IMG/VR virus record: IMGVR_UViG_3300042900_000713 | Coordinates: 1 to 39,885 of that record | DNA length: 39,885 nt | Source: a virus | Taxonomy: Duplodnaviria; Heunggongvirae; Uroviricota; Caudoviricetes | Reading direction: 5' to 3' (one strand) | Part shown: positions 9,447-19,947 of the stretch, piece by piece | How the letters are laid out: each line of letters begins with the position of its first letter | Position numbering within the stretch: position 1 is the first letter of the stretch | Notes under the pieces: generated by a model | Seen by the model: the letters and a program-made list of their open reading frames with translations, nothing else | Database searches by the model: none | What the model was told of the DNA's origin: nothing | Program-made: the position numbers and the translations under genes

Positions 9447-10898
9447 TCAAGGAGTTCCAAATGGATTAATTTCACTAAAATCTAAAACATCATCTGCTTC
9501 ATCTTGAATTGTGTCGTTCTGGCCAAATCTATTATTTGGATTAGTTGCTGGATTATCTACACCACTCGTACTTTTTCTTTGCAAACTATAAGAAGCACCA
9601 GAAGTTTGTCCAACTAAAATTTCTCCAGATGAAAATGTTCCTGAAAGATTAGAAACTTCTAAAATTTTTGTTGGTACATTCCAAGACTTAACTCTTGCAG
9701 TAACTCCACTAATGTTACCAGAAACAATTTCATTATATTGATATGTTCCAAATCCAACTATTATATTTGGTGGTGATATCTGTATTTGAGGTGCTTGTGT
9801 ATAACCAAGTCCAGCATTTATTATCCTAATTTGAGTTACTGATCCAGACTCACTTATTATTGTAGATGCTTGTGCTGAAGTTGAAGCAATACCCACAAAT
9901 GTAACGGAGGGAGAATATGAGTACCCTGAACCACCACTAGTTACTGTAATTACACCAACAATACCGTTTCCAATTGTTGCTGTTGCTATTGCGCCGTTTC
10001 CGCCACCACCAATAAAATTAACTCTTGGTGCTACAGTATACCCATATCCAGGATTTGTTAATTGAACTCCTTGAATTCTTAATAAAGTTTTATTCGGTTC
10101 ACATAGATCAACAATTCCACTAATCATTGTTGCAATTCCTACAGCAGTTCCTCCGCCGAATGGGGCAGAAGAAAAAGCAACTACTGGAGGACTACTATAC
10201 CCAGATCCTCTATCAGTAATAGTTATAAATCTAACACCACCATTCACAATAGATGCAATTGCTGATGCCGTAGACCCAATTCCAATCAACTGTAATTTTT
10301 GAGTGGATGCAAATTGCTCACGATCAGTTACATCATCTCCAGTACCATCACCATCAGATCCACCACTATCTGGATTATCTATAAATTCTATACCAGTATT
10401 AATTACTTCATCTTCATATCTGAAGAGTTCGCATCTCAATTCATAAACATAATTTTTTTTCAATTGATAAAAAGGTTTTTCGTGCTCAACGTATTTAATT
10501 TCAAATATACGATTACCCAATGGAAAATAAATTAAGTCACCTTCTTTGGGTCTAGACGATAATTTCACATCAGGCAAATCTTTAATCAATTCACGAATAT
10601 AAGTATCATATCTTTCTCTTGATATAATTAAGTTTAAATCATCTAATTCTTGAATTCCGAATTTTGATAGTATAGTTCCTTGCCCACCATATCCCTCATA
10701 AGAATCAATATATGCTTCTATTGGATAAGCATAATTAAATTCTGATTGAATCACTTCTTTTATAACAGTTTTTTCTGTTATATATTGACGAGGTAAATAA
10801 TAGACATCAATTCCATAAATTTTTAATTGCTCATTGATAAGATCTTGAACAAGTCCTTGTTCCGTTTTTGACCCTTGAAGAAAAAATGGATTTAGCAT
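9447..10898 (-). CDS. g14: Neck protein with inserted GxGY-repeat domain
   Basis: LNPFFLQGS..EQGLVQDLINEQLKIYGIDVYYLPR...PKEGDLIYFPL...YELRCELFRYEDE; C-terminus DFSEINPFG. Confidence 0.93.
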   Translation of the reverse strand: MLNPFFLQGSKTEQGLVQDLINEQLKIYGIDVYYLPRQYITEKTVIKEVIQSEFNYAYPIEAYIDSYEGYGGQGTILSKFGIQELDDLNLIISRERYDTYIRELIKDLPDVKLSSRPKEGDLIYFPLGNRIFEIKYVEHEKPFYQLKKNYVYELRCELFRYEDEVINTGIEFIDNPDSGGSDGDGTGDDVTDREQFASTQKLQLIGIGSTASAIASIVNGGVRFITITDRGSGYSSPPVVAFSSAPFGGGTAVGIATMISGIVDLCEPNKTLLRIQGVQLTNPGYGYTVAPRVNFIGGGGNGAIATATIGNGIVGVITVTSGGSGYSYSPSVTFVGIASTSAQASTIISESGSVTQIRIINAGLGYTQAPQIQISPPNIIVGFGTYQYNEIVSGNISGVTARVKSWNVPTKILEVSNLSGTFSSGEILVGQTSGASYSLQRKSTSGVDNPATNPNNRFGQNDTIQDEADDVLDFSEINPFGTP

Positions 10899-10903
10899 AT
10901 ATT

Positions 10904-11746
10904 TTAACCAATCATATCATATGGTGGAAGTTCATATGTTGAAGACATTTTTTCAATTATTGCCTCTATCTCTCTCTGAGCATCATCATAAAGTTGTCTC
11001 CCATTTAATTCAATTCCACCTGGAAGTTTAACTCCTTGGAATTTAATTAAATTTTGTCCCCATTGACGTTTAATCAATGATGTTAAATATGGTTTCAAAA
11101 ATGAATCATTCCAAACTTTAGAATAATCATTTGGATCCATCATTCGGTAACAATCTATAACTAAATACTGACCAACAGTTAAAGAACTCCAATCAATATC
11201 CATATACAATCTATCTTGTCTCTTATTGAATCTAATTTGCTTTTGTGTGGTTAAAAGAAAATTAATGTCTTCCAAATAAGTTTTAACCATACTATAAGTT
11301 AATAATTCAGTAGACCCCCAGTAGTAAATATCATTTAAGAATAATTGATATTTAATACTAAACATACCACTTGCAATAGAATTAGATCCCTCAAATTGAA
11401 ATACTTTGTTTACTCCCACAACGTGAGAGGGAACCTGCAAATAATTACTATTTTCATAATAATTGAATGTTGTTGCTGTGCCAACTATATTTGTAGTTAC
11501 TGATGTTGAAGCGACTCCTACTCCAGATATTCCTTTTGCTCTTCCTCTATCAATATCTTGTTGAGTAATTTCATATTTTAAATATGTATGATAAACTCCA
11601 TCAAAATGTCTCTCATTAAATAATTGGATAGCGTCATCAACAAGATCTTCTACTTGCTCTTCCGCTACATTAATTTCAAGTACTGGAGCACCAAGTTTTC
11701 TCAAACAATAGTCAATTAATTCTTGTCTTGTTGATGGTTGTGCCAT
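10904..11746 (-). CDS. g13: Neck protein
   Basis: MAQPSTRQELIDYCLRKLGAPVLEINV...SLIKRQWGQNLIKFQGVKLPGGIELNG. Confidence 0.96.
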   Translation of the reverse strand: MAQPSTRQELIDYCLRKLGAPVLEINVAEEQVEDLVDDAIQLFNERHFDGVYHTYLKYEITQQDIDRGRAKGISGVGVASTSVTTNIVGTATTFNYYENSNYLQVPSHVVGVNKVFQFEGSNSIASGMFSIKYQLFLNDIYYWGSTELLTYSMVKTYLEDINFLLTTQKQIRFNKRQDRLYMDIDWSSLTVGQYLVIDCYRMMDPNDYSKVWNDSFLKPYLTSLIKRQWGQNLIKFQGVKLPGGIELNGRQLYDDAQREIEAIIEKMSSTYELPPYDMIG

Positions 11747-11910
11747 TAGAGTTTAGATACAACTTCTTGCTGTTTTAAATATAATTTAGCGTATAATTTT
11801 GCAAAATTCTTAATAATTTCAATATCATCTATACTATCTATATCTCTTGATATTTTTTCATATTCAAACAATTTGCTAATACTTTCAAGTGTTATACTAT
11901 TTGGATTCAT
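11746..11910 (-). CDS. Small hypothetical protein, 54 aa
   Basis: Below the track cutoff. Manual translation MNPNSITLESISKLFEYEKISRDIDSIDDIEIIKNFAKLYAKLYLKQQEVVSKL; its stop overlaps the g13 start (TAATG) and it fills the gap exactly. Confidence 0.75.
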   Translation of the reverse strand: MNPNSITLESISKLFEYEKISRDIDSIDDIEIIKNFAKLYAKLYLKQQEVVSKL

Positions 11911-12124
11911 TTACAAAATTCCTCAATAGATCTTTAATTTCATTCAAATCACTTTTAATATTGTTCATATCATTTTCAAGTGTATTAATTCTTTTTGATT
12001 CATTATATACTCTCTTATAGTTTTCTGCATATTGGTTGTATCCATCCACATCAAAATTAACTATCCCATTTGAATTTATATCTCTTGCTAGATGATCCTT
12101 ATCTTTTACTTTAATATAGTCCAT
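11897..12124 (-). CDS. Small hypothetical protein with C-terminal coiled coil, 75 aa
   Basis: Co-oriented and tightly packed after the DUF4815-like gene; heptad-like INTLENDMNNIKSDLNEIKDLL. Confidence 0.8.
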   Translation of the reverse strand: MDYIKVKDKDHLARDINSNGIVNFDVDGYNQYAENYKRVYNESKRINTLENDMNNIKSDLNEIKDLLRNFVNESK

Positions 12125-12126
12125 AA

Positions 12127-15100
12127 TTAAATTCTAGGTTTAATGGTAGCAATTGCTCGCAATTGTCGAATAAGTGGAGGAGTTGCTTGATTAGATCCTG
12201 CCATTACAATCTTAATTGCAAAAGAATTAAAATCAGGAAGATCATCTACACTATATTCATAGTCTCGGAATGAAGAATCTGAAGTTTGTCTTACAAAGGT
12301 ATCCGCAGATCCATCGTTTAATGAAGAATCTATAACTCTCTTGATTCCTTGGCCATCAACTTGATAGTTTGATGAACCTGGGAACAATTCATAATTTTGT
12401 GATGCTTGTGGTGTATCATCTCTAAAGAGTTGATAAAGAACGCGAACATCATTAGTGTCATTATGACTTGCCGTGAGTAGTACTTTAATTGAGTTTGCGG
12501 GAATCTTAAGTCTTACTGGTTTTGAGATATAAATTACTGCATGTTTGTCATTGAATAAACTTCTTATTGTATCATCATTTGCATAATCGGAGTTTTCATT
12601 GACTCCATAAGGATTATTGATAAGATTTGATGTTGTAACAGCATTAACCCGAATTGTATCAATTACTGGAGATACTCTTGAATCTTCAGTAGACATCAAG
12701 AATTCCATTGTAAATGATTTACTTCCTGGAGATTCTGTAATAAACTTTTGCTCATTAATATCTGAGCAAATAAGTTTTGGAGTATCAAAATAAGTAGTTT
12801 CATCTAAAGAGATGGATGTAAATCCGTCATCAACAAATGATTTTTCACGTCCACCTATACTTGTTCCAGTAAATGTTCTAATCCTACATTCAAGATTTGT
12901 TTTTCCAGGAAGAATATAAGAAACGTTTGGCGTAATTGCTTCAAATTGAATGTTATTTGTAAAAATTATACCTGGTGATCCGGTTTGTGTAGTTTCTTTA
13001 AAATAAAGGTCATTTGTGCGATCTGATCCTATTCCAGCATTATTAAAATCTGCATCTGAAGTGTCAATTTTTATAAAGTATGAATTCAGTTCCGTTAAAT
13101 GATTTGGTGAAACCTCAGAAAAATTATGGACTTTATTAATTCTCCTTAGTGAGATTCCATTAAATTCATACTTATATACTGGAACACTTGCATCATATGA
13201 TTGTGCTTGAGTTCCATCAATTCCTCTTGCAATAACTGGAAGTGTTGTTCCTGTAGGTGTAGTATAAGAAATGACTTCATTTCCAATAATTACATATCCT
13301 GGATTACTGGTACTAACTGTAACACCTTCAAAAGTTTCAAAACCAATTGATGAAGTAACAGGAATAACTGTTTGTACTGCAGTAATTGATTGAGATAATG
13401 TTGAATTTATTTCAGATTGTATTGGTCTGAAAGAACTAATTCGCACATAGTTTTCTGAAGAGTGCATTCCGTGATTCGTATGAAGAATTTTCATATGAAG
13501 ACCATCATAATAAGAATCTGGAGAGATTGTGTTAATAGTGACCCCTACACCAGTTACTGTTGTTGTACCAGTTCCTGCAATATAACTAAGAGTTGTAATA
13601 CCTGCAGAGAATTGACCTTGAACGTTATCAATAATAAAAGTATTATTTGATGCAATACTTACTACAGTTAGTTTTCCACCAAAACCAACATTTTGACCCA
13701 TTCCAGTTTCTGGGATAAGTAATGAATCGCCAACTTGATAACCAAATCCACCATCAGTGATAGTAACAGTAGAAATTCCAGCAGCAGTAACACCAATTAT
13801 TGCAACAGCACCAATACCACTTCCAGTTTCGGTTTCCAAGGAAATATTAGAGAAAGTACCTGCAGTATATCCAAATCCAGCGTTGGAAACTGTAACACCT
13901 AAACCAATATCAGATTTGATACTTCCAGCAATTCCTATTAATTTACCAGTTGCAGATCCCTGAATTAAGGTTACTCCAGGAACAACATTATTTTGGTCAT
14001 AACCAGTAGATCCTAATCCAACAATAATACGTTTTGAGAGTGGTAAAATTTGATTTGAACCAGTTACGGTTACTTTTTGATTTCCTACATCAAGTTTTGA
14101 ATTGAAGAATCTTACAAGACCATCATTAACAAAATTTGCCCTGTAAAGTTTATATTTGAGGTCCTCTAATTGTGCAGGAGACCAAGTTGAACCATTTTGA
14201 GACTTAAACAGACTTCCCAATGTTGGTTGTGCAGATAATCTTACATTAGTCTGAATGTCATTTTTTCCAAGTTCAGCAACAAATACTCTATATTGTGGAC
14301 TATTTGATAGAAGAACAATTGCATATTCTGAAGATTGATCATTACTTATAAAAGCTTGTCGTACTTCTAGTTGTTGAGGTCCAGACAAATAAATAGGAGA
14401 AGGAAAAGTAAATTTCGTAGGGACTGATCCATTTATTGATAGGTTAACTTCATCGGGAGATAATGTTACTTCGGAAAATGGAATTATTATATTACTTGGA
14501 ACACCTGCAATCATTGGTCTGATTTGTATAGTTACTGGAATCTCTTCATCTTTGGTCTCAAAGAAAACTTCAACTGAAGTTAAAAATATTCCAGTATCAT
14601 CAGAGACTGCAAATGACTGACCTAAAGGATCACGCCGCTGTGGCCGCTGCTGATTTGTGATTGGTCTTGGTCGTGAAACCGGGGGTTGTGGCGGTGGAGA
14701 TGGAACTCTATTAGTCACATTAATTTTATAACTAGTTAATATTTTTATATTTCTAGTAGTTAATATGTTAGTTTCTGTAATGTTAGATTTTCCAAGAGAT
14801 GCAAACTCTGCTTCTCCAGAACTTTCGTTGACTCTAGTATTTGATATAAATTCCTGATAAAAATTATTTAAATTGTCTAATTTTGGTGTATCAATCAAAG
14901 TAAATGTATTTTCCCCATTAATCCATTTAGGATTATTTGGAATACTGGAATCTGGAATATATAAAGATCCTATTAGTCGTCCAGAATTGTCTGAAATTAA
15001 ACGAATATTTGAAATTTTTGCTACTGCGCCAGAAGTTTTTCCCCTCAGAACCATATTTTGTGCTATCATCCCATAATATTTGGTCTCAGTAATAAGTTCA

Positions 15101-18100
15101 AGTGATCTTGTATCAATATTAAGGAAAGTTGAAGATTCACTGTATTGTTCTGGTATTGTTTGTTGAGTATATGGATTAAATTTAAAAATATCTGGTTTTG
15201 GTAGTAAATTTGTATTTTGTGGTATCAATTGTCCAGTGGTAAAATCGACTACTGGTGATGGATTTGTAATTGATGGTGGATTTGAACCATCGGAAGGTCC
15301 TGTTCTATGATTAGGTTTACAAAGTTTAAATATAATTTTTTGTTGTGTAAAATGTGGATCAGTTTCTACATCCTCACCAATCTCAAATTTACCAGAAATC
15401 ATTTCAATTTCAAGTAATTTTGGAATAATATAATTTTTAACATCAATTCCCTCAAAAAAACTATAAAATTTTGTTAGGGGTCTTAAACTTTTTGCATCAA
15501 ATTCAATATTTCTACTTCTTAAATATCGTATTTCTTCAGTGTAATTAGAAACTGATTCAGATCTAGTATCTGCGGTTATAATTTCTTCTGGAACTATAGT
15601 GGTAGTTATGTTCGAACCTGACGGTGTTGAAGTACCTCCTCCAGTAGATCCTGGTGTACTAGGTCCACCACCACCAGTTGATGTAGTAGGTCTCACATTA
15701 CCGACCGCAACAATGAATTGTCTGGGAGCAGATGGTGATGGCAGTAAAATAGAAACTCTTCGGCCGCGAATTCCTATTGTTCCAGTTTGTCGGTTAATAA
15801 CAAGACCAGTTCTTCCTGGACTTAAAAGTTGTGTTAGTGGCCCTATAGCATTTCCTGGAACACTCCTACGGGTTACAAGACTCGTAGGTGTTCCAGAAAT
15901 ACCTAAAGCAAATCTCAAGTTTAATGTTCCTGGATTGTTGATAAAATTTGATGCAGGAATTCCTGATTGTACTATTGGTGGGATTACATTTATTGGTCGA
16001 TTTATTGCAACATTATTAACAGTTATAATATTTTGATCATCTCTTTTGGTTATTTCTTTTATTTCATTATATGACGTTGTTGTTATATTTCTTTCTTCAA
16101 TCCAACTATCAATAGGTGGATTAAGAGTAATTGAACCCTCCCAATATCTTACCAAAAATGGAGTTACACTTTCAGTTTTAGTTGCATATGGTTGTTCTTC
16201 ATATTGAATTTCGTTGTAGTTAAGTGTGATCAAATCTCCAGTTTTTCTAATATTTGGAGATCCTAAATCAGTAACATAACTTTGGTCTATATTTGGATTA
16301 TAAGTTTGCCCAACACCACTAATTGCTTCAGAACCCAATTGCAAGTCGATTGAAGTTGTATAATGTTCTGGTCTTAAGGTATTTGTAGTTGAATCAATAC
16401 ATGATCTAAAACTTGGGTTTTGAAGATCATGGTAATCATGAGAAGAAAAATTATCTACAAAAAATCCACATTTAAATCTATCTAGACCAGTATTAGAATC
16501 TTTAATTATAAAATTTTCGGTTTTAGTTTCAAGTGCAGAAAGTGTTGTAAATTCTTCAACTCTTTGAATTCTTTCTTCAAGTAGTGCAATATCCGACATT
16601 CTATATCTTTTATGTCTAGACATATCAACTTTAACATCTTCTACATTATAAACATATGGTGGAAGATAAAGAGTTGAAATGTCTAAACAATTTGATTTTA
16701 ATATTGGAGGACTCGGATTTTCATCGGCATTTCCTTGTACAATACTAAATGTTCCGTCACTATTCAAGAAAATCCTATCAATTCTTCCAACATAATATGA
16801 ATATGATAAAATTAAATTTTCTCCAGGACATAATGTATATTCTGAATATTGTCCATCAGAAGCAAAGTTTCTTGCAGAAAACTCAAATGGAGATTTTGTG
16901 GATAAAGTATAAGGTGCAACACGAGGTCTTATATCAATATAATCCGTTAATCTCGAATTTTCATATGAAGAAACATCATATTTAAAATTACTTATATTAT
17001 AACTATTTGCTGTAATAAACTCACCAGTGTCTGATGAATCAATTGTATAATTTTGGAATATAATTTTAAGTTTTTTTGATGGTTCCTGAATATTACTTTT
17101 TCTTATAATTCTCGAATAATCATAGAAAGTATCTCTCTGACCATCATCAAAAATAAAGTTTTGTGTAATGTTTTTATCACCTAAGGTCTTCGAAGAAACA
17201 ATCGCTTCCTCTGTAGACTCATTTCCAACAATAAGTTCACCAACAGAGAATTGAATTGTATTTAAATATACATACTCCAACTTATTGATATCTACTTTTC
17301 TAACTATGATTGCTACCGCACCAGAATTTTGTCCCTCAATATATTCTCCAACTACAAAATTTTGATTGTTATTTGGATTTCCTGATATAAGTAAAGTTGG
17401 TAATGCAGGTTCTAATGTATTATTGGATTCATATACAGCAAGAACTCTTACTGCATCTGGAATATTTAAACTAATAATTTTATCTTGAACTCTTGTTCCA
17501 TAAACGTTGCTGTAATTTAATCCATCTTTTAAAGTTGTGGTTCCAACTCCAGAATTTACAAGACTGGAATTTGATACAACTAAAGATGAAACTTTATTGA
17601 ACTTTTTGGATTTTGAGCTTGGTTGAATATTTCTTACCGTTGCAGTAACAATTGCATTTGTTCCGCTTGATTTGGTTAATCCATAAAAAGTTAATGTTTT
17701 ACCATCAAGACTAATATTATATTGATCAAATCTTAATGGTTCAATGCTTCCATCTGAATAAGCAATTACAAATCTATCTTCATCAAAAGAATGAAAGAAA
17801 ATATCAATATCTGAAGGATCAATTGCAACTGAAATTGAACTTTCGGAGAAAGATGCAACATTGTATGTGCGCCTTTGAATAACCTCATTATCCTGAAAAT
17901 TGACTGAGGATACGTTATCCGAATTAAGAAGAGTTAAGAGTGATGAATTTGTAGAATCAACTGACGGTGTAACTTTAATTATATTTGTAACTTCAAAAGA
18001 TCCCGATGGAAGAATGCCATTGCAAATTCCAGTAACTGTAGTAATACCTGTAATTGTAAACGATGTTCCACCAGATCCAACTGCAGTTACTCTATTATAA

Positions 18101-19941
18101 ATTGGATCGCCGGTAAAAGTAGTATTTGCATAAGAAACTATATTACCAACCGTTACAATTTTTGTAAATATATCACCCAAACCTGCAGACACTACACCAT
18201 TGTTTACTCTAAATGTAGTTCCTGGTTTTGCAATATAAGATCCGTTGGAAAGTACTAAATCTGCATTAAATGTATTAATTCCTACTTTATAATAAACTGA
18301 TTTTACGTCGGAAAGATTGTAATCAGTTACTGATTTAATTAGTCTTCCATTATCTATACCATTGATAATAATTTGTTCATTTTCTAAAAAATCACCAGTA
18401 GTTTCGTATAATGTTAGTGTTGTAGAACCAGCAGAAACTGATTCTTTTAGGTGACCTGATGCCCTACTTTTTTTACCCTCAATAAAGCAAGGAACAGATA
18501 ATCCACTGCCACCAAAAGATGTAGTAAGACCAATTATTGCATAAGTTTGAATATCAAATAATCTTAAATTTAACCGACTCGTATCATCAACGTAATCACT
18601 TTCTGGTATAAAATCATAAATTCTTGCGAGACCAATGGTTGTTCCTGTAGCAACACTTGCGGACTCTCCAATACGAGAATTCATCAAACTTACTGTTGCA
18701 TCTGTGCCAATACCTAAAGTCGGTGATCCATAACCATTATTTAAAACAAATAAAGTTCCGGCATTGTATGGAATAACTTGATTTGATACAGTTTTTGTAG
18801 TTCTTGGTTTTGGAACATCAATTAGTCTTGGAGAAATTGTTTCTACATCATATCCACCCACATATGCTTTACCTGGTCCAATCTGATAAACCATCAAATC
18901 TTCCGATGGATTATTTCCTTGAACTGTTTGTTGATCTTTAAAATAAATTCCATCATTTAAAACTCCATCATTTAAACTATCTCTCACAAATAGAGTAAAT
19001 GGTTTTATAAAATAATTACCAGATTCATCAAAAGTTCTTCTTGCTAACTCATCACGAATTAAATTATACTGTGAATTTTTATTAAAAAATTGTGGTACTC
19101 CTTGATCAACTCTTAAAATTTCTACAAAATTATCAGTTTCTAAGTCATCAAGTGTTCGTTTAGAAAGTTCTAACGAAATTTTAAAGCGATCTGCTCCTGG
19201 AGCAGCATAATTAGAAAATCCCTGAGCGTTATCAAATAAAGTTTCATCTTCATCGGAAGTTATAATTTCTTCTACAATATCAAAACCAACTTTATATGAT
19301 GGAGTAATTGAGTATTGATCTAAAAGAATAGTTTGTGAAGATACTCTTGCAAATACTCCTCTAACAAAATAAACACCTTCTGCTACCGATACGCCAGAAC
19401 CTTCTGATGTTGCATTAGTTGTAATAGTATTGCAGACTCCCTGACCGACCTGGATTACGAAGTTACCATATGTAAGTGAGGTCTCTAATGTTAGAGTTTC
19501 GCCACTTTGAAAAATTCTATTTGTAAAATCTTCACCACCACTTTGAAGATATTTTAAGTATAACGTATAATTTCTTCTTTCAGAATCTATATTTTTAAGA
19601 AGATAAACTACCTCTGCAGTAACACCACTTACAGAACCTCTTAGTTTTTTACCTAAAAGTTGATCAAAATATAAAGAAATTGGAGCGCCATTGAATGAGT
19701 CCGCAATTTCTACAGCATAAAGTGGAGTTTCATATCTCAGTTGTCCGGGAATTACAACAGAACCCTCCTTAAAAATATGCTTTCCGTATTGTTCTACTTG
19801 ATTTTGAAGAATTGATTGTAGAGTTGTTAGTTCTCTTGCTTGAATAGGATATCCCGGTTTAAACAAAACTTTATAGTAGTCGTTATTTTCATCAAAATCA
19901 TCAAAATATGGAGAGACGTTGAGATTAGTTTCCTGTGACAT
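12127..19941 (-). CDS. DUF4815 / VrlC-like large virion structural protein, 2604 aa
   Basis: N-terminus TNLNVSPYFDDFDENNDYYKVLFKPGYPIQARELTTLQSILQNQVE; LDRFKCGFFVDNF; GSLFKSQNGSTW..AQLEDLKYKLYRANF. These motifs are typical of this family in T4-like baseplate regions. Confidence 0.85.
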   Translation of the reverse strand: MSQETNLNVSPYFDDFDENNDYYKVLFKPGYPIQARELTTLQSILQNQVEQYGKHIFKEGSVVIPGQLRYETPLYAVEIADSFNGAPISLYFDQLLGKKLRGSVSGVTAEVVYLLKNIDSERRNYTLYLKYLQSGGEDFTNRIFQSGETLTLETSLTYGNFVIQVGQGVCNTITTNATSEGSGVSVAEGVYFVRGVFARVSSQTILLDQYSITPSYKVGFDIVEEIITSDEDETLFDNAQGFSNYAAPGADRFKISLELSKRTLDDLETDNFVEILRVDQGVPQFFNKNSQYNLIRDELARRTFDESGNYFIKPFTLFVRDSLNDGVLNDGIYFKDQQTVQGNNPSEDLMVYQIGPGKAYVGGYDVETISPRLIDVPKPRTTKTVSNQVIPYNAGTLFVLNNGYGSPTLGIGTDATVSLMNSRIGESASVATGTTIGLARIYDFIPESDYVDDTSRLNLRLFDIQTYAIIGLTTSFGGSGLSVPCFIEGKKSRASGHLKESVSAGSTTLTLYETTGDFLENEQIIINGIDNGRLIKSVTDYNLSDVKSVYYKVGINTFNADLVLSNGSYIAKPGTTFRVNNGVVSAGLGDIFTKIVTVGNIVSYANTTFTGDPIYNRVTAVGSGGTSFTITGITTVTGICNGILPSGSFEVTNIIKVTPSVDSTNSSLLTLLNSDNVSSVNFQDNEVIQRRTYNVASFSESSISVAIDPSDIDIFFHSFDEDRFVIAYSDGSIEPLRFDQYNISLDGKTLTFYGLTKSSGTNAIVTATVRNIQPSSKSKKFNKVSSLVVSNSSLVNSGVGTTTLKDGLNYSNVYGTRVQDKIISLNIPDAVRVLAVYESNNTLEPALPTLLISGNPNNNQNFVVGEYIEGQNSGAVAIIVRKVDINKLEYVYLNTIQFSVGELIVGNESTEEAIVSSKTLGDKNITQNFIFDDGQRDTFYDYSRIIRKSNIQEPSKKLKIIFQNYTIDSSDTGEFITANSYNISNFKYDVSSYENSRLTDYIDIRPRVAPYTLSTKSPFEFSARNFASDGQYSEYTLCPGENLILSYSYYVGRIDRIFLNSDGTFSIVQGNADENPSPPILKSNCLDISTLYLPPYVYNVEDVKVDMSRHKRYRMSDIALLEERIQRVEEFTTLSALETKTENFIIKDSNTGLDRFKCGFFVDNFSSHDYHDLQNPSFRSCIDSTTNTLRPEHYTTSIDLQLGSEAISGVGQTYNPNIDQSYVTDLGSPNIRKTGDLITLNYNEIQYEEQPYATKTESVTPFLVRYWEGSITLNPPIDSWIEERNITTTSYNEIKEITKRDDQNIITVNNVAINRPINVIPPIVQSGIPASNFINNPGTLNLRFALGISGTPTSLVTRRSVPGNAIGPLTQLLSPGRTGLVINRQTGTIGIRGRRVSILLPSPSAPRQFIVAVGNVRPTTSTGGGGPSTPGSTGGGTSTPSGSNITTTIVPEEIITADTRSESVSNYTEEIRYLRSRNIEFDAKSLRPLTKFYSFFEGIDVKNYIIPKLLEIEMISGKFEIGEDVETDPHFTQQKIIFKLCKPNHRTGPSDGSNPPSITNPSPVVDFTTGQLIPQNTNLLPKPDIFKFNPYTQQTIPEQYSESSTFLNIDTRSLELITETKYYGMIAQNMVLRGKTSGAVAKISNIRLISDNSGRLIGSLYIPDSSIPNNPKWINGENTFTLIDTPKLDNLNNFYQEFISNTRVNESSGEAEFASLGKSNITETNILTTRNIKILTSYKINVTNRVPSPPPQPPVSRPRPITNQQRPQRRDPLGQSFAVSDDTGIFLTSVEVFFETKDEEIPVTIQIRPMIAGVPSNIIIPFSEVTLSPDEVNLSINGSVPTKFTFPSPIYLSGPQQLEVRQAFISNDQSSEYAIVLLSNSPQYRVFVAELGKNDIQTNVRLSAQPTLGSLFKSQNGSTWSPAQLEDLKYKLYRANFVNDGLVRFFNSKLDVGNQKVTVTGSNQILPLSKRIIVGLGSTGYDQNNVVPGVTLIQGSATGKLIGIAGSIKSDIGLGVTVSNAGFGYTAGTFSNISLETETGSGIGAVAIIGVTAAGISTVTITDGGFGYQVGDSLLIPETGMGQNVGFGGKLTVVSIASNNTFIIDNVQGQFSAGITTLSYIAGTGTTTVTGVGVTINTISPDSYYDGLHMKILHTNHGMHSSENYVRISSFRPIQSEINSTLSQSITAVQTVIPVTSSIGFETFEGVTVSTSNPGYVIIGNEVISYTTPTGTTLPVIARGIDGTQAQSYDASVPVYKYEFNGISLRRINKVHNFSEVSPNHLTELNSYFIKIDTSDADFNNAGIGSDRTNDLYFKETTQTGSPGIIFTNNIQFEAITPNVSYILPGKTNLECRIRTFTGTSIGGREKSFVDDGFTSISLDETTYFDTPKLICSDINEQKFITESPGSKSFTMEFLMSTEDSRVSPVIDTIRVNAVTTSNLINNPYGVNENSDYANDDTIRSLFNDKHAVIYISKPVRLKIPANSIKVLLTASHNDTNDVRVLYQLFRDDTPQASQNYELFPGSSNYQVDGQGIKRVIDSSLNDGSADTFVRQTSDSSFRDYEYSVDDLPDFNSFAIKIVMAGSNQATPPLIRQLRAIATIKPRI

Positions 19942-19947
19942 AATTCT

